Assembly: GCA_050331735.1 (NCBI GenBank)
Contig: JBHJGN010000015.1
Coordinates: forward strand, 42,400 to 106,399
DNA length: 64,000 nucleotides
Reading direction: 5' to 3'
Source of the DNA: Cyanophyceae cyanobacterium
Lineage (GTDB): Bacteria > Cyanobacteriota > Cyanobacteriia > Cyanobacteriales > JBHJGN01
Made by a program: the position numbers and the translations under genes. The notes beneath the pieces are model-generated. The model had not been told where the DNA came from, did not search any database, and worked only from the letters and a program-made list of their open reading frames with translations. Every line of letters begins with the position of its first letter. Within the stretch, counting starts at the first letter, position 1. Positions 42,838 to 51,875 of this stretch are shown here, piece after piece.

Positions 42838-45172
42838 AATTCGTCTCCGCTACTGATTTGGTTTTTATCTGATAAATAAAGACAAGACCGCCCGCGGTCG
42901 TGCTTGCCAGAGCCGCAGGGATCAGAGGAACCCAGCCTCCCTGGAGAAAGAGCAGCCAGCAACATCCCGTCAGGGTTATCATCGCAGCCAGGAGAGCCCC
43001 TCCCTGACGAAGGAGAGACTGCATCAACGCTCTGTCTGCTTTAGTCAGCCAGACTAAAATTCCCCCGACCAAGGACCATCCTCCGATCCAGAGAGTTTCC
43101 TCCCACTGAGACCACCACCACAGTAGCGATCGCCCATCTTCAATGGCACTAATCATTTGGCTAATCATCTGGGCATGAATCAGCACTCCCGATGTCTTCA
43201 GGCTCATGCGGCCTCGGCTATAGGGAGTACAGTGGGAATCTCTCTTCAGCTCAGCGACGCCAATGAGCACAATCCGATCCTCGAAGAGGCGGTTGAGCTG
43301 CGACGAGTTTTTAGAGTTGTTGAGAATCTCTCGGAGCGGAACGGTTTTAAACGGAGCAGAGCGGTAGTTAAGCATCATTTGCCACCCTCTTGCTTCCTGT
43401 GCCGGAAGCTGATAACCGCCAGAATTTGCTTCTAAGCGCTCAAAATTGGTATCACCAATTTTGAGACTCGTCTCCGTTGTTTCTACGGGCGGATCGTTCA
43501 GATAGCGTAGCACTGTCCGTAAACTGAGAGATTGATCGGTGGGGCAGGAATCATCCGGGGACATGCCCACGAGCTGACGACGCAGGATCTCGTCGGGGTC
43601 GAGAGCAAAATTTGTAAATCCGGTTTGGCTTTCTGGAACTGGCGGCGGCGCTATGCCGGGATGATTGGTGGCCGCAATGCGACAAGGAGCAATAAAGCGA
43701 TCGCTTTGCACTAAAGTATCGGCGAGACCAGGGGCGAACGGAAAATCGTGCACAATGTCTAAGCTGACGACCCGAGGCTGATGGGGCTGAATTTTCTCGA
43801 GGAGCTGCGTCAGGGCGCGATCGTCTAGAGAGGTGCTGTTCTTCATCTCCATGCCCAATTCTTGCTGATATTGAATATCTTGTTCGTCCACGGTCACCAC
43901 CACGATCCGCTCGTCTGGGTCTTCAAGAGGACGGAGCCGCACCATCTGGTCGTAGGCCTGTAGCTCCCAGGCTTGCAGCATTCCTGCAGAACGGACCCCA
44001 CTTACCAAGCTAATCCCCACAATGCCGGACAGCACCACCGCTTTGACTCCTCGCCAGCTCCATCGCGGTTGCTTGTGCTGTTTCTCCCAAGTTCCTTGCA
44101 GTTCCTGCCAGCTCGGCGGGACGGCTGCCGAATTTTGATAAATCATGGGCAGCCAGCTAGCACAGGGAAAGCGATGCTCCCATCCCTGCAATCGTTCTCG
44201 TGCTTGCCGGGTAGCAGTATAGAAAGAATCGCCGCTCGAGTATGAGGCGAGAAAATGCTGCAAAAATTTCTGGGCGACGCTATCTGGAACGGGCTCGCGC
44301 ATCACGATGATTTGCGCGAGGTGTAGTTGCTCGAGGGCTATAGCCAGTCCGAGACCATCGCAGGAATTGAAGATCGCCAGACGCAAACCTTGGGCGATCG
44401 CTCGCTTGAGAGCGTATCTCAGCTCCTCGACGGTTAAGCTATCGTGGGGATTAATTTCAATCCGGCCCGTTCCGGCAGTCGTTTGGCTGTGTCCGGCGAA
44501 GAAGAGCAAATCCCAAGGCTGCTCCCAGAGCTGATCGTTAAGCTGCTGGCGCTGCGGTTTTACTAAAAAAGTGACCTCAGCATTGGGTAAAGATTTAAGA
44601 GTTTGCCGATCAGCTTCGACATCAATGCCTTCGCTACTGCCCAAAATTGCCAGAATTCTCACTGGATGAGGGGAAGCGCTCAGGGCTGAAATTTGTTCTC
44701 CTCCTAAACCAGCTAGGGCTATTTCTGCGTGGGGATAGCGCTCGAAAAAATCCCACTGGGACCAGGGGAGTCGGCTGACCTGACGATCTTCGCTGCGAAT
44801 CAGCATCCGAATCGCTTCGGCGCGGTTCAGTTCCTCACGCAGGCGTCGGTCAACGGTTGTGAAAGAGGAGGATAGAAGCCAGCGGTTAAAGCGCTCGGAT
44901 AACTGTGCCGCTGCCTGATAACACTCTGCAAATAGGTTGATGCCTCCCTCATAAATAATTTCTTTAGGCTTGATGCGATAGGGCATTCCTAAAGAACGAT
45001 ACTGCTGCCGCCACTGCTCTAGACAGATGACTAGCTGTGGGTCTGGTGGTAGAAATCCGGTAATTTCTGTTTGGGCTCGCTTGCCCTCTAAGCCAATTTC
45101 GAGAGTCACTCGAAATCCCTGCCACTTCAAATTACCATCTAGCTTTAAAACAACTAATTTTCCCCCCGTCAT
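42806..45172 (-). CDS. CHAT (caspase-like) protease - TM - CHASE2 - 3TM membrane protein
   Basis: FFAGHS (His) and IFNSCDG (Cys); TM; ELQAYD..PDERIVVV, QPRVVSLDI, GVLIHAQMISQMI; three C-terminal TMs. Confidence 0.9.
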   Translation of the reverse strand: MTGGKLVVLKLDGNLKWQGFRVTLEIGLEGKRAQTEITGFLPPDPQLVICLEQWRQQYRSLGMPYRIKPKEIIYEGGINLFAECYQAAAQLSERFNRWLLSSSFTTVDRRLREELNRAEAIRMLIRSEDRQVSRLPWSQWDFFERYPHAEIALAGLGGEQISALSASPHPVRILAILGSSEGIDVEADRQTLKSLPNAEVTFLVKPQRQQLNDQLWEQPWDLLFFAGHSQTTAGTGRIEINPHDSLTVEELRYALKRAIAQGLRLAIFNSCDGLGLAIALEQLHLAQIIVMREPVPDSVAQKFLQHFLASYSSGDSFYTATRQARERLQGWEHRFPCASWLPMIYQNSAAVPPSWQELQGTWEKQHKQPRWSWRGVKAVVLSGIVGISLVSGVRSAGMLQAWELQAYDQMVRLRPLEDPDERIVVVTVDEQDIQYQQELGMEMKNSTSLDDRALTQLLEKIQPHQPRVVSLDIVHDFPFAPGLADTLVQSDRFIAPCRIAATNHPGIAPPPVPESQTGFTNFALDPDEILRRQLVGMSPDDSCPTDQSLSLRTVLRYLNDPPVETTETSLKIGDTNFERLEANSGGYQLPAQEARGWQMMLNYRSAPFKTVPLREILNNSKNSSQLNRLFEDRIVLIGVAELKRDSHCTPYSRGRMSLKTSGVLIHAQMISQMISAIEDGRSLLWWWSQWEETLWIGGWSLVGGILVWLTKADRALMQSLLRQGGALLAAMITLTGCCWLLFLQGGWVPLIPAALASTTAGGLVFIYQIKTKSVAETNYENSLSFPLL

Positions 45173-45185
45173 CCTGTGAACCCCG

Positions 45186-46109
45186 CTAGATGATAAAGGC
45201 TTCGCTGGTGCTGATGCTATCTAAGATTACTTTAATACTAAAATGTTCTGACCGTTCGCCGCTAAACTTTAACTGAATCGTTTTCGTATTTCTAGCCTGC
45301 GCCTGCATAACGACTTCCTCAGCAGCATCCAGCACCATGAGCTGAAGATTAAACGGCAGATGAGAGCGGTCGATAGGACAGATTTTTACCCAGATATCTC
45401 TTTCCTGCTCTGTCGTCGGGATGATTTCTACCAAGAGAGCGACCTGAACGCTGCTAGAAGCGGGTCCGAGAGTGAGAATTTTTCCCCGCGCTACTCCGAC
45501 AGCCGATTCAGCTCCGGGGCGATCACCGCGAAAGTTTAAAGCGGGTTGCTGCGGGAATAGCTCAGTAACCGTTTGCCAGCCTGCTTCAAAGAGATTCTGT
45601 AACCACTGACTAAGCTGCACTTCTGCGGGGCGAGCTTTGTGCTGGCTGAGATAGGCGGGCAAGTCTTCGAGGGGCTGGAGGTGGGTTAGCGGCAGAGACA
45701 ACGTTGGGAGACTGGGGACAAACCCCAGCAACGTAGCTGTCCTCAGAGATTGATCTACCTGGACTGCCACATAGCCAAGCCGTTGAGAGTTTACCTCTGC
45801 CGGAACGTCCATCGCTTCTGCATCGGGCAGGAGCGGTCTACACTCTATCTGGCCGTAGTTTTTAATCGTGAGGGCTGCCGTATTGACCAGTGAGAGCAGA
45901 GCCGGATTCCAGCTATCGCTACCGGCTAAATCGGTGTCAAAGCCGCGGCTGTTGAGGTAGAAGCTAACGGCATAAACGGCCAAAGTGTTCAGGTAAATCT
46001 GCTTCCCTCGCTCGGGGCTAGACTGGGTGCGGCGGAGCCGTTCTGCCTGAGCGTGAGCCGATATCGTCAGCGGAACAGTAAAGGATAAAGGTTCAAGTTT
46101 AGGGTTCAT
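45186..46109 (-). CDS. DUF1822-family protein
   Basis: KQIYLNTLAVYAV, SDSWNP, IECRP, RLGYVAV, LSQWLQNLFEAGWQ. Confidence 0.88.
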   Translation of the reverse strand: MNPKLEPLSFTVPLTISAHAQAERLRRTQSSPERGKQIYLNTLAVYAVSFYLNSRGFDTDLAGSDSWNPALLSLVNTAALTIKNYGQIECRPLLPDAEAMDVPAEVNSQRLGYVAVQVDQSLRTATLLGFVPSLPTLSLPLTHLQPLEDLPAYLSQHKARPAEVQLSQWLQNLFEAGWQTVTELFPQQPALNFRGDRPGAESAVGVARGKILTLGPASSSVQVALLVEIIPTTEQERDIWVKICPIDRSHLPFNLQLMVLDAAEEVVMQAQARNTKTIQLKFSGERSEHFSIKVILDSISTSEAFII

Positions 46110-46129
46110 AGCTGCTGATTACTCTAAAG

Positions 46130-47089
46130 TTAATGCAAGGAACTTCTCATCTGAGAAGCAAATTTTCGACAACATCTTTGAAAAAAACTACTTAAGGTGG
46201 GGACGACAATATCGAATTCTGAAGCGAGTTCTTCCCAGCTTTTTCCGGCAATTCTGGCGAGAGCGATCGCCCGAAAGTTGGCATCGGGTCGGTTTCTGAT
46301 TTGGGCCTGCTTGAAGGTATTTTCGGCATCTTCTTCGATGCACTGGCGCACTAACTCAGAGAGTAACGGGGCTTCTTGCGGGGGCTGTAATCTGTCGAGA
46401 TCTGAAAGGGTCGGTAAACTGAACGTCTGGTGATCGCTAAATCGGCGGCGGCTTTCAATCACGAGTTTATCAAGCCGAAAGTTCACCCAGGTCATAAATT
46501 TTTGCTTTTGCCCGCGCTGAGGATCGTATTTGTCAATATTTTTGCAAACGTAGGCGAGCGTTTCGAGGACAGCCTCTTCGTACAGCAGCTCATAAAAAGA
46601 GGGCTCTGAAAACTTACCTCGATGAGGACGGCAAAGCCGACCCGAGCTTTGAATGGCTTCTACTAGCTCTCCTAAGAGATGCCGTCGCTCTGGAGTATCG
46701 GGAGGATAGCCTTGAGCGGCAAGAGCCAGTTTTTTGAGCTGAGCGTCGTTCAGGACTTTTCTTGTCGCCTGCTGCTGGAGCTGATGGCTCCATTCTCGAA
46801 GACTCAGCGAGCGACTATCCCCAGGAAGGGCTTGCTGAACTGCGTACCGCAACTCTTGTTGCATCTGCTCGTAAATTTCCTCCTGAACCGCTAACAGACC
46901 TCGACTCCCTAAAGGACGACAAATCGAACGCGATCGCAATATCTCTTTGACTAGCTTTTCGATAGTCGCTTGCCATGCCTGCGTTTCGGGGTCATACTGC
47001 TGGATCTCAAGCAGGTATTGCTGGAGTCGTTTGTCTGTTGCCACCACCGTGCTGGGTAAAGGCACCGCCGATAGTAATGATCTGGTCAT
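46130..47089 (-). CDS. Sigma-70/ECF-like RNA polymerase sigma factor-related protein
   Basis: YEEAVLETLAYVCKNIDKYDP..FMTWVNFRL (region 2-like); C-terminal HTH KSWEELASEFDIVVPTLSSFFQRC. Confidence 0.75.
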   Translation of the reverse strand: MTRSLLSAVPLPSTVVATDKRLQQYLLEIQQYDPETQAWQATIEKLVKEILRSRSICRPLGSRGLLAVQEEIYEQMQQELRYAVQQALPGDSRSLSLREWSHQLQQQATRKVLNDAQLKKLALAAQGYPPDTPERRHLLGELVEAIQSSGRLCRPHRGKFSEPSFYELLYEEAVLETLAYVCKNIDKYDPQRGQKQKFMTWVNFRLDKLVIESRRRFSDHQTFSLPTLSDLDRLQPPQEAPLLSELVRQCIEEDAENTFKQAQIRNRPDANFRAIALARIAGKSWEELASEFDIVVPTLSSFFQRCCRKFASQMRSSLH

Positions 47090-47891
47090 GTTTCAGCGAG
47101 GATCGCTATGATGATTCTCTGTGTTTAACTCCGGCTATCTGCTCTAGCTTTATGCGTTTTTCCAAGCTTGCTTAACAATTTGTTACTTTTCTGGAGCTAG
47201 GTTAGCAAAATCTCTTGGAACAGTAGAATCTTGATAGCAAAGCTATCACTGCAAGTCTGCTCATCTCTTTGCTGTGTCTGCTCGAGGAATTGAAGGGACA
47301 AATTTCTCCTCAACGTTAAGGGCAGCATAGCAGCAGTGGCGATCGCTTTGTGCTCACGGCTAATTGCTGGCGCTATCTAGAAGAACGCGATCGCGATTGG
47401 CTCTATTTTTCTTCAAATCCCTTATTGAAGTCGCGGTGGCAAATGACCGAGGCGGCATCTTTTCAATATCTGATTAAATCCACGAATTAAGCATAAATTA
47501 TTCCAGATCAGATAAAAAGCCGTTGGATCAGCGTTTTTATTCTCAAAAAACTTTGTTTATTCAGACTGCTTTCCATTGCTAGTCGCAACTGCTTTTATCC
47601 AGTTTGCGGTGAAAATTAATAATCGCCGCTGGCTTTTCAGAGTTAATAGCAGGAACTGTTTTTTCACTTAACTTTTATGCAAGTACATCGCAAAAATTAA
47701 GTTGCTAACAGTAAAGTCTGCATTTTTGGTTTTTCATTATTTAGTTTTTCAGCACAAGTTAAGCTTTCATTGGCAAATTTTAAGCTTTTTGTGGATAATT
47801 TAATTCCTTAATTTTCCTGCATGGCTTGGCTCTAAAAAAAAGTATATAAATGATCGGTTGGTAATTAGATGACGATCACAAAATAGAAGTT

Positions 47892-48035
47892 ATACCATTT
47901 ACCGAAAGTAGTGAAAGAGTTCTCCTAACTAACAAAGAGTTAGCTCTTAAAAGGGAAAGACTTGCTGTGTTTACCTTTCCCCTTTCCCCTTTTTCCCAAC
48001 GGATTAAGTCTCTCATAACTTTTTCTAATTGGTAT
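47892..48035 (-). mobile_element. MITE copy 3 (inverted)
   Basis: Reverse complement of the 26755/40772 element; ends ACTTTTTCTAATTGGTAT. Confidence 0.75.
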
Positions 48036-48156
48036 TAGCAATTAGTGGTGATCGCATTGATGCTAGTCAAGCCAGAAGAAGCAATGTATTTAGCTTTTGA
48101 TTTGACGAAAAGGCCAGCCAACTCAGTTTGAATAAACTAAATAGGGAAAAGCAAAC

Positions 48157-51100
48157 ATGGAAACACCAAACTGGAAATACGGAATCGAGCATTTTGAGAT
48201 CGAAGGTCTTAATACTAGAGATGGCATAAAAGATAAATTTAGCATTGTTTTTCGAGAAGACGAAATTGGCAGAAAACAGTATTGGCTTGGTGACTTGTCT
48301 AATATTGACGACAAGATCACCGGAATTAACAATGCTGGAATGCTAGAAATGGTTCGAGAACTAGCAGGACTAGCTGACTCTTCCAATGGCATAGCTGCTA
48401 GGATTCATGACAATTATCTCAATCAAGCAGTGGGAACCAACGGAAATTATGCTACGGCTTTTGACACCTTTAATGATGCAGTTGAAAGCTACATTTCTCG
48501 AAAAGAAAGGGAGAATGTAGAAAAAGTTAGATGGATTAATTTTGCTATAGAAACTGCTGTAGGGCTCACTGCTGGTGCTTTCCTTGTAGGTCCATTAAAA
48601 GGACTTGTAGGGAATCTTACCGGTAGCTTAGCAGATGGGTTAAGTGCTGTAGCGAAAGATGCTCTAAAAGACACTACAAAAGAAGTCACTTCTACTTTGT
48701 TGAAAGCAGGTGTCAAAATTGGCACTACAGAAGCTAGAGCGGATATATCTTCCGGCTATTCTATCTCAGAACCAGGAGATCGGGCGTTACCTATAGAACC
48801 TTTTGACTGGGCAATAGACCGCAGAAATGCCTTGACAGATATTGGGAACTCATTGAGAGACGACCTTTTAGAACCTTTGGAGGAGCAGATTAAATTGCTT
48901 GTAGGAGAAGACTCTAATAAAGACAAGCAATATGCGCAACAACTAGCAGCACTCTTCAAGGACAATACTCAAACTAAAGATGGTACATCCTTCCTCAACA
49001 ATTCCTACCACAACGATTATTGGATTGATTTTAACCCCTATGAACTTATAGATGATGCCTTTCAAATGCAAGGTGTGGGGGGAATAGCCATTAATAATAA
49101 CCCTGCAATCATAAAAGATAGTATTCCTACCCAAGAATTCTTTCTACTCAATTTATTCGGGGGATATATGTCTCAAGTTACTATCGAAAATCCCTTTGAT
49201 AGAACAGATGAAGCTGATGTTCCTAAAGAATTTATTGAAGCATACGCAGATTTGTTAGGAGATAAAGCCCCTTCGGAAGCGGATATCAGAACAATAATCA
49301 TTGACGCATCAGTTGCTAATCATTACTATTGGCAATTCAGAGATTTTTTAGGAGGGGCTACCGGAGGTGGCACCAGTAAACTAACTAACCCTTACTGGAA
49401 AGACGGAAAAGATAGTGCAGAGAGACTAACAGACTATCTCACTAATTCAGAGGATGAAATCGACTTGTCTAAGTTTATCTTCGATCTTGCTCAGCACAAT
49501 TTCAATGAAGCAGATCGATTTGAGACGCTTTGGAATTTTCTCAGAGTAGCATTTCATCGCGAGTCCCATTCTGATGTGGCTAGAGAGGCAGCCAAGATGC
49601 TTTTTGAAAACGCCGCCTTAGCTGAAGCGTATGAGTACAATCGCGAGTATTTAGAAGAAGATCTGAAGATTCTGCACAAAACGCACACGCTTGGGGAAGC
49701 CCGCCAGATTGTAGCAGATAACTTGACGAACAGATCCACCGGCAATTTTGCTCTCGACTTACTAGTACAGCAAGACAAGAGTTTCAGCTTTAGCAAGAAT
49801 GTGCCTTATGTCGGTGGTACGGGAGAGTATTTTGTCGGTACCGAAGAAGTAGATATCCTCGCTGGGACTACTTTTCGCGGAGATACTCTAGAAGGACACG
49901 GAAACACCGACATATTAAAAGGTGGTGGCGGTAGCGATTTGCTTCGCGGCGGAAGTGGAGATGACTACCTTTATGGGGAAGACCACACAGAGGCAACTTC
50001 CATATTTGGGTCATTTGTGAAAAACGATACTTTAGAAGGCGGAGATGGCAACGATATTTTAGACGGAGGAGACGGTGATGACTTGCTTGAAGGAGGAGAG
50101 GGGAAGGATACGCTAAGAGGAGGCAGCGGAATTGACGATTTGAGAGGACGGAACGGAAACGATTCTCTTGATGGCGGTGCTGGTAATGATTCTCTTTGGG
50201 GAGGAGATGGCAATGACTTTCTTTACGGAGGGGACGGGAACGATAGTCTCTATGGTTATGACGGCAGTGACCTTCTTAATGGAGGAAATGGTAATGACCT
50301 ACTTAGAGGCCGTAATGGCGATGATTCTCTCTTAGGACAATTGGGCAACGATACTGTTGAAGGTCATTCTGGTAATGATGTTCTGAATGGAGGAAATGGT
50401 CATGACTTGCTTGACGGAGGAGAGGGTAGCGATACTCTCTATGGAGGAAGTGGCAACGATAGTCTCTATGGTTATGACGGCAACGATCTTCTTCGTGGAG
50501 GAAATGGAAGTGACCTTCTTCAAGGAGGAAATGGAAACGATAATCTTGTAGGAGAATCTGGCAGCGATAGACTTCAAGGGCATTCTGGCAATGACACTTT
50601 AGATGGCGGTTTAGGTGATGATTCCCTCGACGGTGGCTCTGGAGTTGATACCGTCAGCTATTCTTTCTACTCAGGAGAAACCATCGTCGATTTGAACTCT
50701 GGACAAGTAGATCTCAATCGTGGTTCTTCTGGTAGTCAAACTGTTAAAAGTATTGAAAATGTAATTGGTGCTCAGGGAGATGACCAGATAATTGGTAATT
50801 CTGCTAACAACCTACTCGTTGGTGGTGCTGGCAGCGACTATCTCTATGGCGGTGCAGGAGACGATACCTTGATTGGAGGCGATCGAACAGGTCAGTCAGA
50901 TTTCGATCTGAACCAGCAAGATATTTTGGTAGGTGGACCCGGTAGGGATGTTTTTATCCTTGCAGAGGAAGATACCCACTTCTATAGCGACGGGGCAGTA
51001 GGAAGTTCTACTCCTAATTCCTACGCCTTAATTAGCTCCTTCGAGAAAGGCGCAGATAGAATCGAACTCAAAGCGGGCGGTCTATTTAATAGCAGTAGGT

Positions 51101-51276
51101 ACCGGTTAATAGACAGACCCGTTCAACAGGGTAGCGTCAGAGGCGTTGGTATCTATTTAGACCATGCAGCGACCTACGTTGTCAATCCTCTTATAGGAAT
51201 AGTTGAAGGATTTACAGCCAGCGAACTAACTCTAACCTCGACGGGTATAGCTGGCAGCAATACCATAATCACCTAA
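48157..51276 (+). CDS. RTX/hemolysin-type Ca2+-binding protein with large uncharacterised N-terminal region
   Basis: Many GGxGxDxLx nonapeptides in the C-terminal half; T1SS-like tail (GRDVF..ISSFEKGADRIEL); AT-rich 5' half. Confidence 0.88.
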   Translation: METPNWKYGIEHFEIEGLNTRDGIKDKFSIVFREDEIGRKQYWLGDLSNIDDKITGINNAGMLEMVRELAGLADSSNGIAARIHDNYLNQAVGTNGNYATAFDTFNDAVESYISRKERENVEKVRWINFAIETAVGLTAGAFLVGPLKGLVGNLTGSLADGLSAVAKDALKDTTKEVTSTLLKAGVKIGTTEARADISSGYSISEPGDRALPIEPFDWAIDRRNALTDIGNSLRDDLLEPLEEQIKLLVGEDSNKDKQYAQQLAALFKDNTQTKDGTSFLNNSYHNDYWIDFNPYELIDDAFQMQGVGGIAINNNPAIIKDSIPTQEFFLLNLFGGYMSQVTIENPFDRTDEADVPKEFIEAYADLLGDKAPSEADIRTIIIDASVANHYYWQFRDFLGGATGGGTSKLTNPYWKDGKDSAERLTDYLTNSEDEIDLSKFIFDLAQHNFNEADRFETLWNFLRVAFHRESHSDVAREAAKMLFENAALAEAYEYNREYLEEDLKILHKTHTLGEARQIVADNLTNRSTGNFALDLLVQQDKSFSFSKNVPYVGGTGEYFVGTEEVDILAGTTFRGDTLEGHGNTDILKGGGGSDLLRGGSGDDYLYGEDHTEATSIFGSFVKNDTLEGGDGNDILDGGDGDDLLEGGEGKDTLRGGSGIDDLRGRNGNDSLDGGAGNDSLWGGDGNDFLYGGDGNDSLYGYDGSDLLNGGNGNDLLRGRNGDDSLLGQLGNDTVEGHSGNDVLNGGNGHDLLDGGEGSDTLYGGSGNDSLYGYDGNDLLRGGNGSDLLQGGNGNDNLVGESGSDRLQGHSGNDTLDGGLGDDSLDGGSGVDTVSYSFYSGETIVDLNSGQVDLNRGSSGSQTVKSIENVIGAQGDDQIIGNSANNLLVGGAGSDYLYGGAGDDTLIGGDRTGQSDFDLNQQDILVGGPGRDVFILAEEDTHFYSDGAVGSSTPNSYALISSFEKGADRIELKAGGLFNSSRYRLIDRPVQQGSVRGVGIYLDHAATYVVNPLIGIVEGFTASELTLTSTGIAGSNTIIT

Positions 51277-51331
51277 TCGAGGGCTTTTCTCAGAAGCGAT
51301 ATTTTCTGCTCCGAAGAATCTGAGTGTGTCC

Positions 51332-51372
51332 CAGTAGCCTGAGTTTAGATGAACTCTAAATTTGGGCTACTG
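51332..51372. terminator. Long hairpin downstream of the RTX gene
   Basis: CAGTAGCCTGAGTTTAGA-TGAAC-TCTAAATTTGGGCTACTG, 18-bp stem with G-T pairs. Confidence 0.5.
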
Positions 51373-51875
51373 CCAGACAGTTTATGTTTGTCATAAGTTC
51401 CGGACTTAACCCACCAATCTCTCACCCCTCCCCAAGTTTGGGGAGGACTGTAGGGTTAGAGGGGCACTATTCATTCAACTGCATCAGTCCTGTCGATTGC
51501 CAAGCGCGAGCGATCGCGGCTCCGCCTGCACGGTTCAAGGTTTTTATTCACTCATGCCGCTTGCCTTGTCGTTTAACTTACCGGGGAGTCGCTCACGGTT
51601 TGCAACCATGCCCTAGCAAACATCTGCTCATCCCCTCCTCCTCGTTTGCAGATATATCTGCTCCCTGAAAGAAATAACTTTTACTGTGACTGATATTGGG
51701 GTTTCACCCTAATATCAGCAACCAAAATAGAAGCTGTTGAAGCTTTTTTACAAAATGAACGGAGCAGGAACTTTGAGAATATGAGAATGAGTGCTCAGTT
51801 TTACAAAACCGAGATGCACTCCACGACTGCTACATCCGGTTCAGGTTCAGATAATTCGATATTACTCAGGATCAA

